In this document: one piece after another, positions 36,845 through 49,533 of the stretch
How positions within the stretch are numbered: the first letter of the stretch is position 1
How the letters are laid out: every line of letters starts with the position of its first letter
NCBI GenBank assembly: GCA_965287045.1
Contig: OZ336882.1
Coordinates: 65,100,001-65,164,000, forward strand
Direction of reading: 5' to 3'
DNA from: Carcharhinus amblyrhynchos
Taxonomy: Eukaryota
DNA length: 64,000 nucleotides
The notes under the pieces: generated by a model
What the model was told of the DNA's origin: nothing
Databases searched by the model: none
Seen by the model: the letters and a program-made list of their open reading frames with translations, nothing else
Translations under genes and position numbers: made by a program

Positions 36845-39055
36845 TGTTCTCTCTGCTCTAAATCAGAAAGTCGCAGCTTCAAGTCCCATTCCAGACCCTC
36901 AACCACGTCACTCTAGATTGCATTCAGCACAATACTGAGGGAGTGCTGCATTATCAGAGGTCTGTCATATAAGATGTTAAATCAAGGTCCTGTAAGCCCC
37001 TTAGAACATAGAACACTGCAGCACAAACAGGCCTTCGGCCCACAAGTTGCGCCAATCACATCTATACCTACCAAGCCATCTGTAACTTTCAATGCCATTA
37101 GATCCCATATACTCATCCAGAAGTCTTTTAAAAGACCCCAGCGAGTTCGCCTCTATCACCACCAACGGCAGCCGATTCCACTCACTCACTACCCTCGAGT
37201 GAAAAATTTTCCCCTAACACCTCCTCTGTACTTGCTTCCCAGCACCTTAAACCTCTGTCCTCTCGTAGCGACCATTTCAGCCCTGGGAAATAGCCTCCAA
37301 GAATCCACCCTATCTATTCCTCTCAACATTTTATAAACCTCTATCAGGTCGCCTCTCAACCTAGCTCCCTCAACCTATCTTCATAAGGCATGCCTCCCAA
37401 TCCAGGCAACATCCTTGTAAATCTCCTCTGCACCCTCTCATTAGCTTCCACATCCTTCCTGTAGTGAGGTGACCAGAACTGTGCACAGTACTCCGGGTCT
37501 GACAAGTGTCCTATAAAGTTGCAGCATTACCTCCTGACTCCTAAACTCAATCCCTCAATTAATGAAGGCCAGTACACCATACGCCTTTTTGACCACATCC
37601 TCCACCTGTGAGGCCGATTTAAGAGTCCTATGGACCCGGACCCCAAGATCCTTCTGCTCTTCAACCCAGCTAAGACTCCTACCCTTGATATTGTACTCCT
37701 GCATCCTGTTGGTCCTGCCAAAATGGACCACTACATATTTATCTGCGTTGAAGTCCATCTGCCACTTCTCCGCCCAGTCTTGCATCCTATCTATGTCATG
37801 CTGCAACTTCTGACATCCCTCCAGACTACCCACAACACCACCAACCTTCGTATCGTCGGCGAACTTACTAACCCATCCCTCCACTTCCTCATCCAGGTCA
37901 TTTATGAAAATGACAAACAGCAAGGGTCCTAGAACAGATCCCTGGGGCACTCCACTGGTGACAGACCTCCATGCAGGAAAAGACCCATCCACAACCACTC
38001 TCTGCCTTCTGCAGGCAAGCCAGTTCTGGATCCACAAGGCCAAAGCCCCTTGGATCCCATGCCCTCTCACCTTCTCAAGAAGTCTTGCATGGGGGACCTT
38101 ATCAAACGCCTTGCTGAAGTCCATGTAAACCACGTCCACCGCTCTTCCTTCGTCAATGTGTTCAGTCACATTTTCAAAGAACTCAACTCGGCTTGTAAGG
38201 CACAACCTGCCCTTGACAAAGTGTGCTGACTATTCCTGATCATTCTAAACTTCTCTAAATGCTCATAAATCTTGTCCCTCAGAATCCTCTCCATCAACTT
38301 ACCAACCACTGAGGTCAGACTCACCGGTCGGTAATTTCCCAGGCTATCCCTGTTCCCTTTCTTGAAAATAGGAACCACATCCGCAATCCTCCAATCCTTT
38401 GGAACCTCTCCCATCTCCATCGACGATGCAAAGGTCATCGCCAGGGGCTCTGCAATCACTTCCCTCACCTCCCACAATAACCTGGGGTACATCCCATCTG
38501 GTCCCGGCGACTTATCTATCTTGATAGAGTTTAAAAGTTCCAACACATCCTCTTTCTTAATATCCACATACTCAATCTTTTCAGTCTGCCGCAAACCTGT
38601 AGTACAACCTCCCAGATCACTTTCCACCGTGAATACCGAGGCAAAGTACTCATTAAGCACCTCTGCCATGTCTTCCGGTTCCACACAGACTTTTCCCCCT
38701 TCACCTTTTATAGGTCCTATCCCTTCTTTTCTCATCCTTTTACTCTTCACATATTTGTAGAACACCTTGGGATCCTCTTTAATTTTACCCGCCAAGGCCT
38801 TAGTTGTACGTTAAGCTCCCAAAGCTCAATTGGAAGAGTAGGGGTGTTCTCCTTCATCTCCTGGCTAATTGAGATTCCTTAACCAACTCACTCAGATTAT
38901 CAGGTCATTGTCACATTGCTGTGACCTTATTGTGCACAAATTGGCTGTAATATTTACCGAAACATCAGTAACCACACCTCCAAAATACTTAATTAACTGA
39001 CAAGCACTTTGAGACATGCTGAGGATGAGAAAGTAGCTATATAAAGGCACTTTTT
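36845..39055 (+). mobile_element. DeuSINE/SacSINE1-like SINE (36845-37004 + 38804-39055) split by a CR1 insertion
   Basis: Head TCAAGTCCCATTCCAGA..ATACTGAGGGAGTGCTGCA..AGATGTTAAA lies before the CR1; CACAAATTGGCTG..AATACTTAATT..GCTATATAAA lies after it. Confidence 0.7.
37002..38800 (-). mobile_element. 5'-truncated CR1 (HER1-like) LINE, ORF2 reverse transcriptase with frameshifts
   Basis: ORFs 38166-38795 and 37555-38205: KSPGPDG, NYRPVSLTSVVGK, DFSKAFDKVPH, GVPQGSVLGPLLF, FADDTK, KDLGV. The C-terminal WNRLP..SFKRLLD and a (TGTTCTA)n tail follow. Possible TSD CCTTAG at 36999-37004 and 38798-38803. Confidence 0.97.
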
Positions 39056-40998
39056 TAATTCCACCCCCGTGATGCTGTTGAAATGGCCATCTTCTCAGGC
39101 CAAGGGAGTTTTCCCTTACAATAACACCCCACCCCCCCCAACCAACCCCCTCTCTGCCCCATTCTTACATATTCAGATATAAATAAATGCTTTTCAGCAG
39201 AAAAAAGTTTATCCGACTCATTCCTGTTCTCATCTGTTTGTCAATATTGTTCCTCAAATCCCATTTCCTTCCGAGTAAACAGCGACACGCCACATTGTGG
39301 CAGGAATTTCAGTCTCCCCCACATTCCAGCAGGAAAACTTTATCCCATCATACAAATATTTGTTTTTATAAAAATAATTCAATATTCAGAGAAAATAAGA
39401 CAGAAAGGTCAGTTGAAAAAAAAGCCTTGAGGGTTTTTCATACTTCCCAGCGTTTTTGGACATTGGTCCATCCCTTGCTAAATTACTTCAAGTAACAGAT
39501 TAAATGAGAGGGAAGATTAAGGAGAACATTTCTTTTACAATTCATTTGATGCTTCAGTTTATATATCATTACGAAAACATATTATGATTTAAAACAAGCG
39601 ATATCCCACTTTTTAAGGACAATTAGGGATGGGCAACAATTGTTGGTCTTGCCAGCAAAGCCTGCCCACATTCAACAAAATAATACATAAATCCCTTTCC
39701 TCATTCTTATATAGCTGGTCCATAATGTATGTATGTTTGTGTGTGTGCGTGTGTGTGTGGGGAGGAGGAGGACGAGGAGTTGCCTGTATCCCAAGGCAGC
39801 TCCATTTATTTAATCACTGGTTTCTGCTTATGGACTAACCCAGAGGGACAGGACACTGGATTTGTACTTTGCCAATGGTGTGTTTCTCCAGGATCCCAAG
39901 AGGTTTCTGGTTGCCTCCTTCTCTTTTGGAGAAAGACTGGGAGAATGAAATTTCCCAGCATTGACATCTGAAGGTTACAAGTAGCTATATTTACCTGCTT
40001 AAACCTTGGAGTAAAACTACTCCTCAGACTCTCCAGAGGTATATTCTGTATACCGTGAAGAAATCTTCAACACAATCATTTGATGTACATTTCGCACTTT
40101 GAGTGCATGAAAATGTTCCAATTTATTTCTGTCCGTTGAGATCATTTGTTTTCTGCTTTTTAAAAGGAAGAAACGTGATTTTTTTAAAAAGTACAATTCA
40201 GATTAACTGGGAAAAGGCCAATCACGTCATTATCACCTTTCCATAGCATTCGTCCAAGCTTCCTTCCTTGTATACTGTACATATTCGTGGCAAGTCATAT
40301 TTTCCTGTATTTTCCTCAGAGAGTCCAGGTTTCTCCTGTAGGCTTGTCATGTGGCTGGCTTTCATTGCCCTCTGTCTTGGATACAGGGGCAACACTTGCT
40401 ATCAACAAACAAGGGACATCACTGCTAAGCACGCAACCCTTTCCTTTTGGTCTTCTCTGCTAAGCTACCAGTAGTTTCCTCTCCCAAAGACAAAGAGAAT
40501 CTCCGTATTTGAAGTTCAAATGAAACAATGAGTCCGGGTGACTTTCAATTCCAGGGATGGGTGTGTGGGTTTGGTCACAGGAAAGGCAATTTTGTGTTTC
40601 TTTTCAAAAAAATTTGGTAAGTATCGTGAATAAGGAAACATCACAGGAAATGTTTTTTATTCACCTGCCCCTCTGCCAACATCTCCCTGCTCCGCCCCAA
40701 AGCCTCAAGTCAGGTTAGCGAGGATTTTCTGCGACTGCGGATGCGCAAGGTTGCTGCCTCATTAATAAAGTAAGAATCTTCCTATTGACTGCCCTCCTGC
40801 CTGACACACACCGTTCATACCAGGGGTAAGTTACGCAGATGCCAAGAGTCTATTGGTATCTTGGGCCTGGGAAAGCCTCAGTCTGAATAGCTCACTATCA
40901 GAGACTACAGTGTGAGTATCTTGGCAGGGAATTGACCCGAGGCTTGTGATCTCCTCGTCCCATCCCATTTCATTGCAGAGATGAGCTGCTGACACTCA

Positions 40999-41219
40999 GG
41001 ACAGGATTTTCCAGCCCTTCTCACCAGTGGGATTATCCAGTCCTACCAGAAGCAATGCCCCACTAACCCCCCATCCCCAACAGGTTCCCCAACAGTGAGA
41101 AGGGTGAGCCAAGCAAAGCGCCCTAGACATCGATGAGGCTGGAAGATCCCACTGGTGGTCAGTGGCAAGCTGCTTCCTCACTTGAAAACGCTTCACAGGT
41201 AAGGGGGAAAATCTTGGCC
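40999..41219. mobile_element. MITE with 14-bp imperfect TIRs (Harbinger-like)
   Basis: GGACAGGATTTTCC ... GGAAAATCTTGGCC, flanked by TCA/TTA; reverse-complement relative of 61746-61951. Confidence 0.65.
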
Positions 41220-41682
41220 TTAGGCACTGAAATTGCCTGGTCTGGGCATGATTGAAATCCCTCCATTTGAGTGCAGGGCTCCGATGAGATGAGATTGGCA
41301 TATCAGGAAAGGTGGGAATTCTGATTACACCAAGATTCTACCCTATACTGCTATTCTTTAGAATCCAATATGGGAACAGCAAGAATGGATCTTATGCCCA
41401 GCCACCCTGGGTTTAGAAGTGACATTCCCCTTCGAGTTACATCCACTACACTGGGATAGATCTCAGCAGTCAGACCAGCTGGAGACCTGGCAAGAATCCC
41501 ATGTCAACAGACCCAAAGTCTTTACTAGGGAATGGCAGATCCAAAGAGGTGATTTTCCTTTGTGGCTCTTGCCTAGCTCCTTGTCTGCCAGCAAAGCAAG
41601 ATGCCAATGTCTGGCCATTCTAACTGGTGGTTGGGGGGTGGGGGTGATATTCTGCTGCTAGTGTGTACCCCCACCCCTCAAG

Positions 41683-41683
<1 letters not shown>

Positions 41684-41776
<93 letters not shown>
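41684..41776. repeat. C17 + (AC)38 microsatellite
   Basis: Perfect runs. Confidence 0.98.
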
Positions 41777-41778
<2 letters not shown>

Positions 41779-43312
41779 CAGCCATTCAACTTATCTCACC
41801 CACCCTGAGGATTTCAGTTGGGATTGCCAACTTTGTGGCTAAGCTGGTACAGACATCCCATTTCCCCTTCACTGCAGCCTATCTCAGGGCTATCAGGGAT
41901 AACCTCTCTAAGCTCAATACCACTTGGGGTGAATCACCAAAGAGGAACTTCGGAGGAATTGGCAGGCTAAATGCAAACAAAACAGCCTTTCAGTATTTAA
42001 ATGAGTTTAGAGCCTTCCTGATTATTTTCCTAAAACTTTTGATTGATTTGCTCTTCTGAAAGGCTCAAACTGTCGATCTTTCTAAACCAAATTATTAACA
42101 TAAGCGAATTGTTTAATCAGATTCCACATGTCAGCCAAACCTGATCATCTCCTCGCAGCCATTCCACAGGTAATTGAATTAAAATTACCCCCAAAACCTC
42201 GATAATTAGTGGATTTATTTAACCACAGTGAGAGGCGCATTCCAAACACTAACCGAATTAGCTTAGACAAATGCAGAATCAATACCGCACTTGGCAGTAA
42301 TTTTTGTTTTGTCCCTGTTTTTCATAAAAGGGTGCACAATAAAGCATCAGACAATTATGCAGATTAGAGCCAAAAGTGGTGCTCAGTTCTTATCCCACTT
42401 CAGGGACTGGCACCACCTTGATGGCAGATCGATTAGTGCTCTGGTGAAGGCAGCCCTAAGACCTTTGACCTCCACTCCATCTTTCATCTAACAGGGCAAA
42501 GGCTGCCTCAAGCTGATTGAATTACCTCCCTCCGCGAGCTTCTGTGCAAGACTTAAGTCACATTTACAAGTGTGGAAGACATGTTTCAGTGTCATGTTTT
42601 GCCTTTTTCACGAAACCCACGTCTACAAATTGATCCCAGTTTGTGTATCCCACATCCACCGAACCATGGATACTAAAACTCGGCCCAGGTTTTCATTTCA
42701 CACAAACTTTCTGCCTGATATTTTGTTTTCTCAGTCAATGACATCAGCAAAAGCTTACTTTGTTTTAGAAGTAACAGAGCACAAAACAAACAGAGTAATC
42801 CCTGTTACTCAGGGGCTAAAGGAAAAAAAACCATCTATTTTGAAAGAAGAAAATGGAAATCTACTGTGTGTTCACTAATTTAAGACGAGAGGAATTATTT
42901 TTAAAATACAACAAACATTTGATTTGTTTCCAGCCCCTCCACCCCTCCACCCAACTCCCCTAGTTTATTCCTGTCTTCTTCTCACGGAGCTGGGAGCCTT
43001 GTTGGGTGATAGTTAGGCGGTGATCAGAAGCAGGAACACTGGCCAATTTAAGTCACTGTAGCTGCACCATCACTCCAAGAGCTGAGATCTGCAAGTTCAG
43101 CGCCAACCGGGATCAAAGCAGGGACCTTCTTGCCCTTTACGGCTCAGCTACTTACTCAATAGATGGATAAACTCAAGGGAGTTAAAGAATTTATGGCAGA
43201 AGCTCGGGGAGTGGAGCAGCAAAGTAGGTGCAATCTTGTGCTTTCGCCAGGATTAGGTTCTGGGCTGGAAGGCAATTGTCCTGGCCCACATCTACTAATT
43301 ACCACTTGAGGT

Positions 43313-43627
43313 GGCACGGTGGCTCATTGGTCAGCACTGCTGCCTCAGTGTCAGGGACCTGGGTTCAATCCGGCCTCGGGTGACTGTCTGACTGGAGTCT
43401 GCACATTCTTCCCATGTCTGCATGGGTTTCCCCCGGGTGCTCCGGTTTCCTCCCACAGTCCAAAGTTGTGTGGGTTGGGTTGATTGGCTACAGTAAATTG
43501 TCTCTTCGTGTCAAGAGGATTAGCAGGGTAAATATGTGTGGTTATGGGGATAGGGTTTGGCTGGGATTGTTGCCAGTATGGCCTCAATGGGCCAAATGGC
43601 CTCCTTCTGCACTGAAGGGATTCTATA
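43313..43627 (+). mobile_element. HE1-type V-SINE
   Basis: Head, V-domain and GGGCCAAATGGCCTCCTTCTGCACTG tail; followed by a ~21-bp tandem duplication (ATATCAAGGAACCATAAAA x2). Confidence 0.92.
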
Positions 43628-43973
43628 TCAAGGAACCATAAAATCATATCAAGGAACCATAAAACCATAACCTTGATTTTATGGTTCAAGGGTCTCATTC
43701 CCCTGCCATCATTGGCATTAGTCTAGCTGAGTCTGGCCTGTCGATATGTGGCCTGCATGACAAGTAAAACTTTGCAGCCAGATTGTCACCTCCAGGACGT
43801 GGGTGGGACCAGAGGCACCTTGTGCCTGATCAAGCGACCCAACACTTGAAATGGAGAGATTCTAGTGTCAATCCTTCAGGCAGCAGCCACAGCCAGAAGC
43901 TGCTGGGCACAAGAGAGACTGGTCTCTGATTGGCCAGCAGCTCTCAGCAGGTAAGACCTCTGTCCCAGAGTCT

Positions 43974-44134
43974 TGATGTGGAGATGCCGGCGTTGGACTG
44001 GGATAAACACACTAAGAAGTCTCACAACACCAGGTTAAAGCCCAACAGGTTTACTTGGTAGCAAAAGCCACCAGCTTTCGGAGCGCTTGCTCCGTCAGGT
44101 TGGACTTTAACCTGGTGTTGTGAGACTTCTTACT
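43974..44134. mobile_element. Inverted pair of Penelope pLTR termini
   Basis: 44013-44046 and 44099-44132 form a 34-bp inverted repeat with 1 mismatch. The minus-strand copy carries a hammerhead with a core deletion plus ~38 nt of extra 3' tail (43974-44011). Confidence 0.88.
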
Positions 44135-46629
44135 GGGGTTTTGACTCCAGGGGAAGGCCTCACCACTGCCTGATTGGTCTGTGCTTTGGTGGGCCTTCCC
44201 AAAAAGAGACAGCATTGGTCTCTTCTGAGACACCCAACACCTCAATAAGATTCTGTTTATAGATTCCCAACACAAAATAGAGGCAATCCATTCTTAAGCA
44301 ACTCTAAATCCTTGAAAAAATAGCATTTTGTGCAAGCCCAGACTAGGACTGAGTCTTCCTCTGCCTTCTTGCCTGAAGTTACATGAGGCATAATGATAGG
44401 AAAGTTCCATGTGATGGAGGGAAGAGGGGCCTTATATAGGCCTAATTTCTTATCATCTCACCTCAGCACAGATGAAATTCTGACTCTCTGCTGGAGTTAA
44501 CTCCCCAGGATTGCCCTGTAGTCTCCAGGAATTGAAGATGAATCACTTAGACGTTGAGGCAAGCAAATACACGGCAAGTAAACCACAAAAAAATGAAACA
44601 TTTTGTATTTTTACACATTTTCTTTGATCACTTTAGTTTATTGATTTTAAAATTATTAGAGAATGGGGAGAAAAGGCCGGTTGATTGTAAGGGAGAATCA
44701 ATGCTGACTCACCAGTGACAGTCCAACAACAAATAGTTCATCCACTCTAGTCATCCCTCAAACCCAAATCCAGGCTGTCAGTAATGGCAGCTACCTCAAC
44801 ACAAGACACATCACAACCTATCCTACCTTACCAAGTAAGCATCAACAGAGAGTTAGCAAAGATGCACGACTAAGAGTTGGGGCATCAAGACCATACAAAA
44901 CAGCCCTAGCAGGGCCTGTGTTGGTTGACAATGGAGCCTTGATCCACAAGAAACATAAAAAAAGGCTCCAGCCATTGAGGTTACAAAGGCTGCCTATGTT
45001 AAAATGAGCTGGTCACAGAGCTATTTGCAATGCAATCACAGCAAATCCAGTATCTCACCAAAAACATTTCAGAGATCCACTGTACGTTTCCACAGAAAAC
45101 TGCTGACTTCACTGGGAAACCACAAACTAATTTTGACAAATAAGTGAATAACGTAATTCCAAGTTTAATTCTTTATCTAAGGGGCTTGCTCACAGACCTT
45201 TGTTGGAACCAACTAAAAAAAAGTCCCTAATCCTGACGGTTTCCTGGTCTATGGACAGGAGCTGATTGGAAGGGGGTTGGGGGGTGCGGGTGTGATAGCG
45301 GCAGGCCGCCAGGAAGGAAGGACAGAGAATCCCATAAATCGGCCTACTCTCTATCCCTAACTGCTATTGGAAAATTTGTGCAGGATCAGGTTAGCCATCA
45401 TGTGGAATAATCTGGTCATACCATGAAGGGTCTACCCAAGCACGAGTCAATGATACTGGAGAGAAAGGCAGAAAATTAGCAATCTTTTTTGAAACGGGTT
45501 TTATTGAGTGTAAGTTACTACTGTGATGACTGCTATGCATCATGGCCTCCTTTGAGATTATTTCCAGTGAGCCCCCTGCCTAAGTTATCTAAAGGTCCAT
45601 AATATTTGCATATGACCCATCAAAAATATATCGTGGGTTCATGCGTCATCACAAACAGCCTGAATAACCTTGTACTGACCAAAAGACGTTTAAAAATTCA
45701 CTGGGCTTTCTTCCAATAATATGTGTATAGGGAGAAAAAGAGAGATTGAGAAAACGGAGGGAGAGACATAGAAATTGAAATTGCAAAGGAGGAAGGGAGA
45801 GAGAAAAAAAAGAAAAGAAAGGAAGGAAGGATACGAGAGAGAAAGAAATTAAGGGGGGTGGGGGGAAGAGACAGACAGACAGAAAGTGAGAACGAGTGCA
45901 TTTTTACCAGCAGCAAAGGAATAGATTCTCTCAATTTGTTTTTGTATTCTAATAAGGGAGGAATCTGCAATTCTGAAGTGACTTTAGTAGTAACCATAGC
46001 AAACATAACCTCAGCTTTAACCTAAACTAAATACATTTTCAGTGCACTTGTACGACATTTTATTTGCAACAAAAATGTTAGGCTTTTCAATAATGCAATT
46101 AGTGTTAAATTGAGAAACTGAACTGATTAACATGACAGAGACTGAAGGGAGTGCTTTTTGAATACTGCCTAAAATACAGATGTTTTACTCTCCAGTCTCC
46201 CTATGTAAGTTAAAAGGTCTTCAGAGAACAAGTAATGGGTTAATACATTACCCTTGCCTCTACCCCCAGCCACAGCTTACCTAACTGCATTGTAAATATA
46301 AGGAAGGAGGAGGGACAGGACAATGAGATGCAGTGGCAGCAGCTCCACGCTGCCCTTTTTGCTGTTGTGTCTGAGCCTAATGTAATTACCATATGATTGT
46401 CTTTCTAAGAGTTTGCCTGAAGAGCAGATCGGTGTAATTATAAAGGAGATGCGACGGCTTTCAAACATTCTCATTATTCCTGCTGATTCACCATGTAACT
46501 GATATGTCACTGGTGTAGAATGATGTCAGCAGCAGGAAAAGGGGAGCTGGAGCTGGACAGCTACAGCTAGTAAATAATTAGCACAAAAGGCAGAAGATAC
46601 AAGCCAACCCTTTGAGTTGCTGCAATCAA

Positions 46630-46780
46630 AGACAGAAAATGTTGGAAAACACTCAGCACTTCAGGCTGGAGTCAAGAACAACAGTTAACATTTAGTCCAA
46701 ACTGATGAAAGGTCATTGACCTGAAACACTTGGTTTCTCTCTCCATGGATGCAGCTAACTGTTTTCCAGCATTTTACTTC
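46630..46780. mobile_element. Short palindromic Penelope-derived element with a central hammerhead core
   Basis: Inverted ends AAAATGTTGGAAAACA / TGTTTTCCAGCATTTT; internal CTGATGA-A-AGGTC/ATT/GACCT-GAAAC at 46702-46727. Confidence 0.65.
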
Positions 46781-47082
46781 AAGTTGCCGCATTTTAATTT
46801 TATCTCCCTCTGCCTCTCATCCCCCAGCCCAATTACCTCAACCCATACCCACCCACTCCCACCCCTCAGAATCCTATGACTCAATGCACTAATAAATTTA
46901 TTCATTTTCATGGCTCACAATTAGTGTTATGATGAGAAAAGCTGGACCAATGTGCTAATGTGAAGCTGAGGGAGACAGGCTGGGATGTTGCATATGTAAG
47001 TCCAGATCAGTGTTGAGTTACCTGATCTCGAGCACATTTGTTTATCGCCATTAGCCTCAATGGTTTTGGGCAAAGGAAGTAA

Positions 47083-47440
47083 TTTATTCTTTCTTAGGAT
47101 GTGGGCATCACTGACAAGGCCAGCATTTGTTGCCCATCACTAATCGCTCTTGAAAGTGCTTTGTTAGGTCATTTAAGAAGGAAGTTAGGAGTCAACCACA
47201 TTGCTGTGGGTCTGGAGTCACATGTAGCCAAATCAGGTAAGGATGGCAGATTTCCTTCCCTAAAGGACATTAGTTAACCATATGGCTTTTTTTACAACAA
47301 TCAATGACCACCATAATGAGCCTAGCTTTGATAGCACAGATTTTATAGTGCTGTGGGATTTGAACCTATGCCCCCAGAGCATTAGCCTAAGCTCTAGATC
47401 ACTAGTCAAGTGATATTGCCGCTACACCACCATCTCCCTG
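47083..47440 (-). mobile_element. Old tRNA-derived SINE (second family)
   Basis: Strong similarity to 31200-31588. Confidence 0.78.
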
Positions 47441-48519
47441 AAGTAAGATAAAATCAGCAAGCTGATTGGAAAGGTGAGGGAATGTCCCTACTCCTGATAC
47501 AACAATCTCCACTGGAAACTGAATGTGTGTGAATATCAAAGGATTGGAGGGGGCAGAGGTGTATTGGCTGGTCAACGATGCGTTTGAACGATGCTCAGTC
47601 TGTAAGCTCACCACAGAACAACAAGCATGAGGGGGAGTGGGCAGAGTTCTGTGGACAAACATGAAAGCCTAAGCCAACTGGAGCCCTCTTCAAGAATGAC
47701 AATTGAATATCTGATACTCTACCTCACCCCTCCAGTTTTGCCCTACTCTCCTGAAGGCATTCCTTCTTCTTGGCATTGGTTTAAACAAGAGAAGGGGATT
47801 TATCCCCAGTGTATTGGCCAATAATTGTCCCTCAGTCAGCTTCATTAAAAGAGGTTATCATGTCATTATCACACTATTGTCTGTGGGAACTTGCTGTGTA
47901 AAAATGGATGAGATCCCCAAGGTGAGCACAGATAGACCATGTGCCGACAATCGTTTCACACAGAATGGGTGGCCACTTGGATGAGGTACCAAAGGAGTGG
48001 AGGTGGGGAGGAAGGGGATGAGTTGTTGGAAAAGGACAAGTTCTATTTCTACTAGTAATAAGGGAGTGGAGGAGGGAGAGGAGGGAAAGTCAAAGTTCTG
48101 AACCCAGGAAGAGAAAGGGTTAACTAGGTTGGGAATTAAAGTTGCACGGTTCTTGAAATGAGTCTTTAGTTTCAAACTAGGACGTTTGCAGTCATCTGTT
48201 AAATCTGACAAGGTCTGCATTTTATTTGGACACTGTTATTAATAATACAGTGATATATGAGTGCTGCATCCTCTTCCTCTCTAATAATAATATTTATGAT
48301 AGATTTCCAAAAGGTATTATGCAGTGCCCACCATGTTAAAAAATTCAGCATTCCAAGATACTGGTGTGTGTGTGTGTCTGTGCAGCAGTCCTGTCACAAC
48401 ATTGACTTTGGATCGCAGAGCAACAAGGAAGATGCAGGGTGCCACACAGAAATGCAGAAAAATATGCCAGTTTGGTTTATCATACAATTCCTGAACACTT
48501 CATAACGTTCAGTATCATA

Positions 48520-49040
48520 GTGGTCGACTTGAAGCTGTCTATTCTCATTTCCTTCCCACCTCTCTCTCTCAGTATCTTCTCCCTCTCCTGTTCCACCTCG
48601 ATATTACACTCCTCGAATAAACTTCACTGGCTGCAGCCCTCTTAGTGAAATGCACCGCTCTTTCCCACCACATGTGCAAGCAATGTTCCTGCTTTCAGTG
48701 GCGACATGCTGGAGCCAGAGCCTTCCGTTTGAGAGATGGAGGGGGTAGGGAACTTTGCTACGTGTCGCTAAGAACAACACAAACACTGCCTGGCCACCCC
48801 CCACTTCACTCCATGCTCCACTGCCCACACTGAACTCATCAGTGGGCCTGAGATTTATTGCAGCTGATGCCAAACTAAGGCTTAATTCACAGCTACCTAC
48901 AATGACACCAGTGATAGGAAGCACAACACTAGCTGCTTTCTTATTCTGTTACCTTTTACCCTGCCTGGAACTCTCGACCCTTTCCACAAGCTTATCCCCT
49001 TCAGTTCAAGTGAAGACCATAAAAATTTCCTTGCCTGGTC
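48520..49040 (+). mobile_element. Degenerate L2 LINE 3' portion
   Basis: ATTACACTCCTCGAATAAACTTCACTGGCTG (IT..L..LHWL motif) and CCTGCCTGGAACTCTC (P..WNSL). Confidence 0.5.
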
Positions 49041-49533
49041 TAACATAAAAATAAAGGAAAAAAGAATCAATTTTTGAATTATAAATATTTTCTCTCCCTT
49101 CTCTTGACATGAACAAGTCATTAAACAGAGACTTCTTAGAAAGCATTGTACAGTGCACAGCCAAACTGTTTGACCTTAGTGAATAAAACAAACACAGCAA
49201 TTTGTAATTATACAACAATTTTCACATAACAAAACATCTTAAGGTGCTTTACTGGGGGAAATAGTCCAAGCTGATCTGAACTTACAAGAACCAGCCCGAA
49301 GCTTGAATTTGAGGGACGTTGAGAGATTTAAGAAGGTGTAGGTGAAGTTTGGTGAGTGAAAGTTTGTCACTGAGGGTAGAGGTGAGGTTTGAACCTATGG
49401 TAGAAGTGAAGTATGAGAGTGAAAGGCACACGCTGGGTGCACAAAACATTCAGATTTGGGGACTCCAGCCAACAGCTCCTCCAGGAAAGTTTGCCAATTT
49501 GGATGTGCATCATTTGAGATTTTCATTTCAATA

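Noticed and set aside
40702-40769. Short CpG-rich exon candidate ending at AA|GTAAGA
   Set aside because: Peptide unrecognised and no partner exons; cannot be distinguished from chance.
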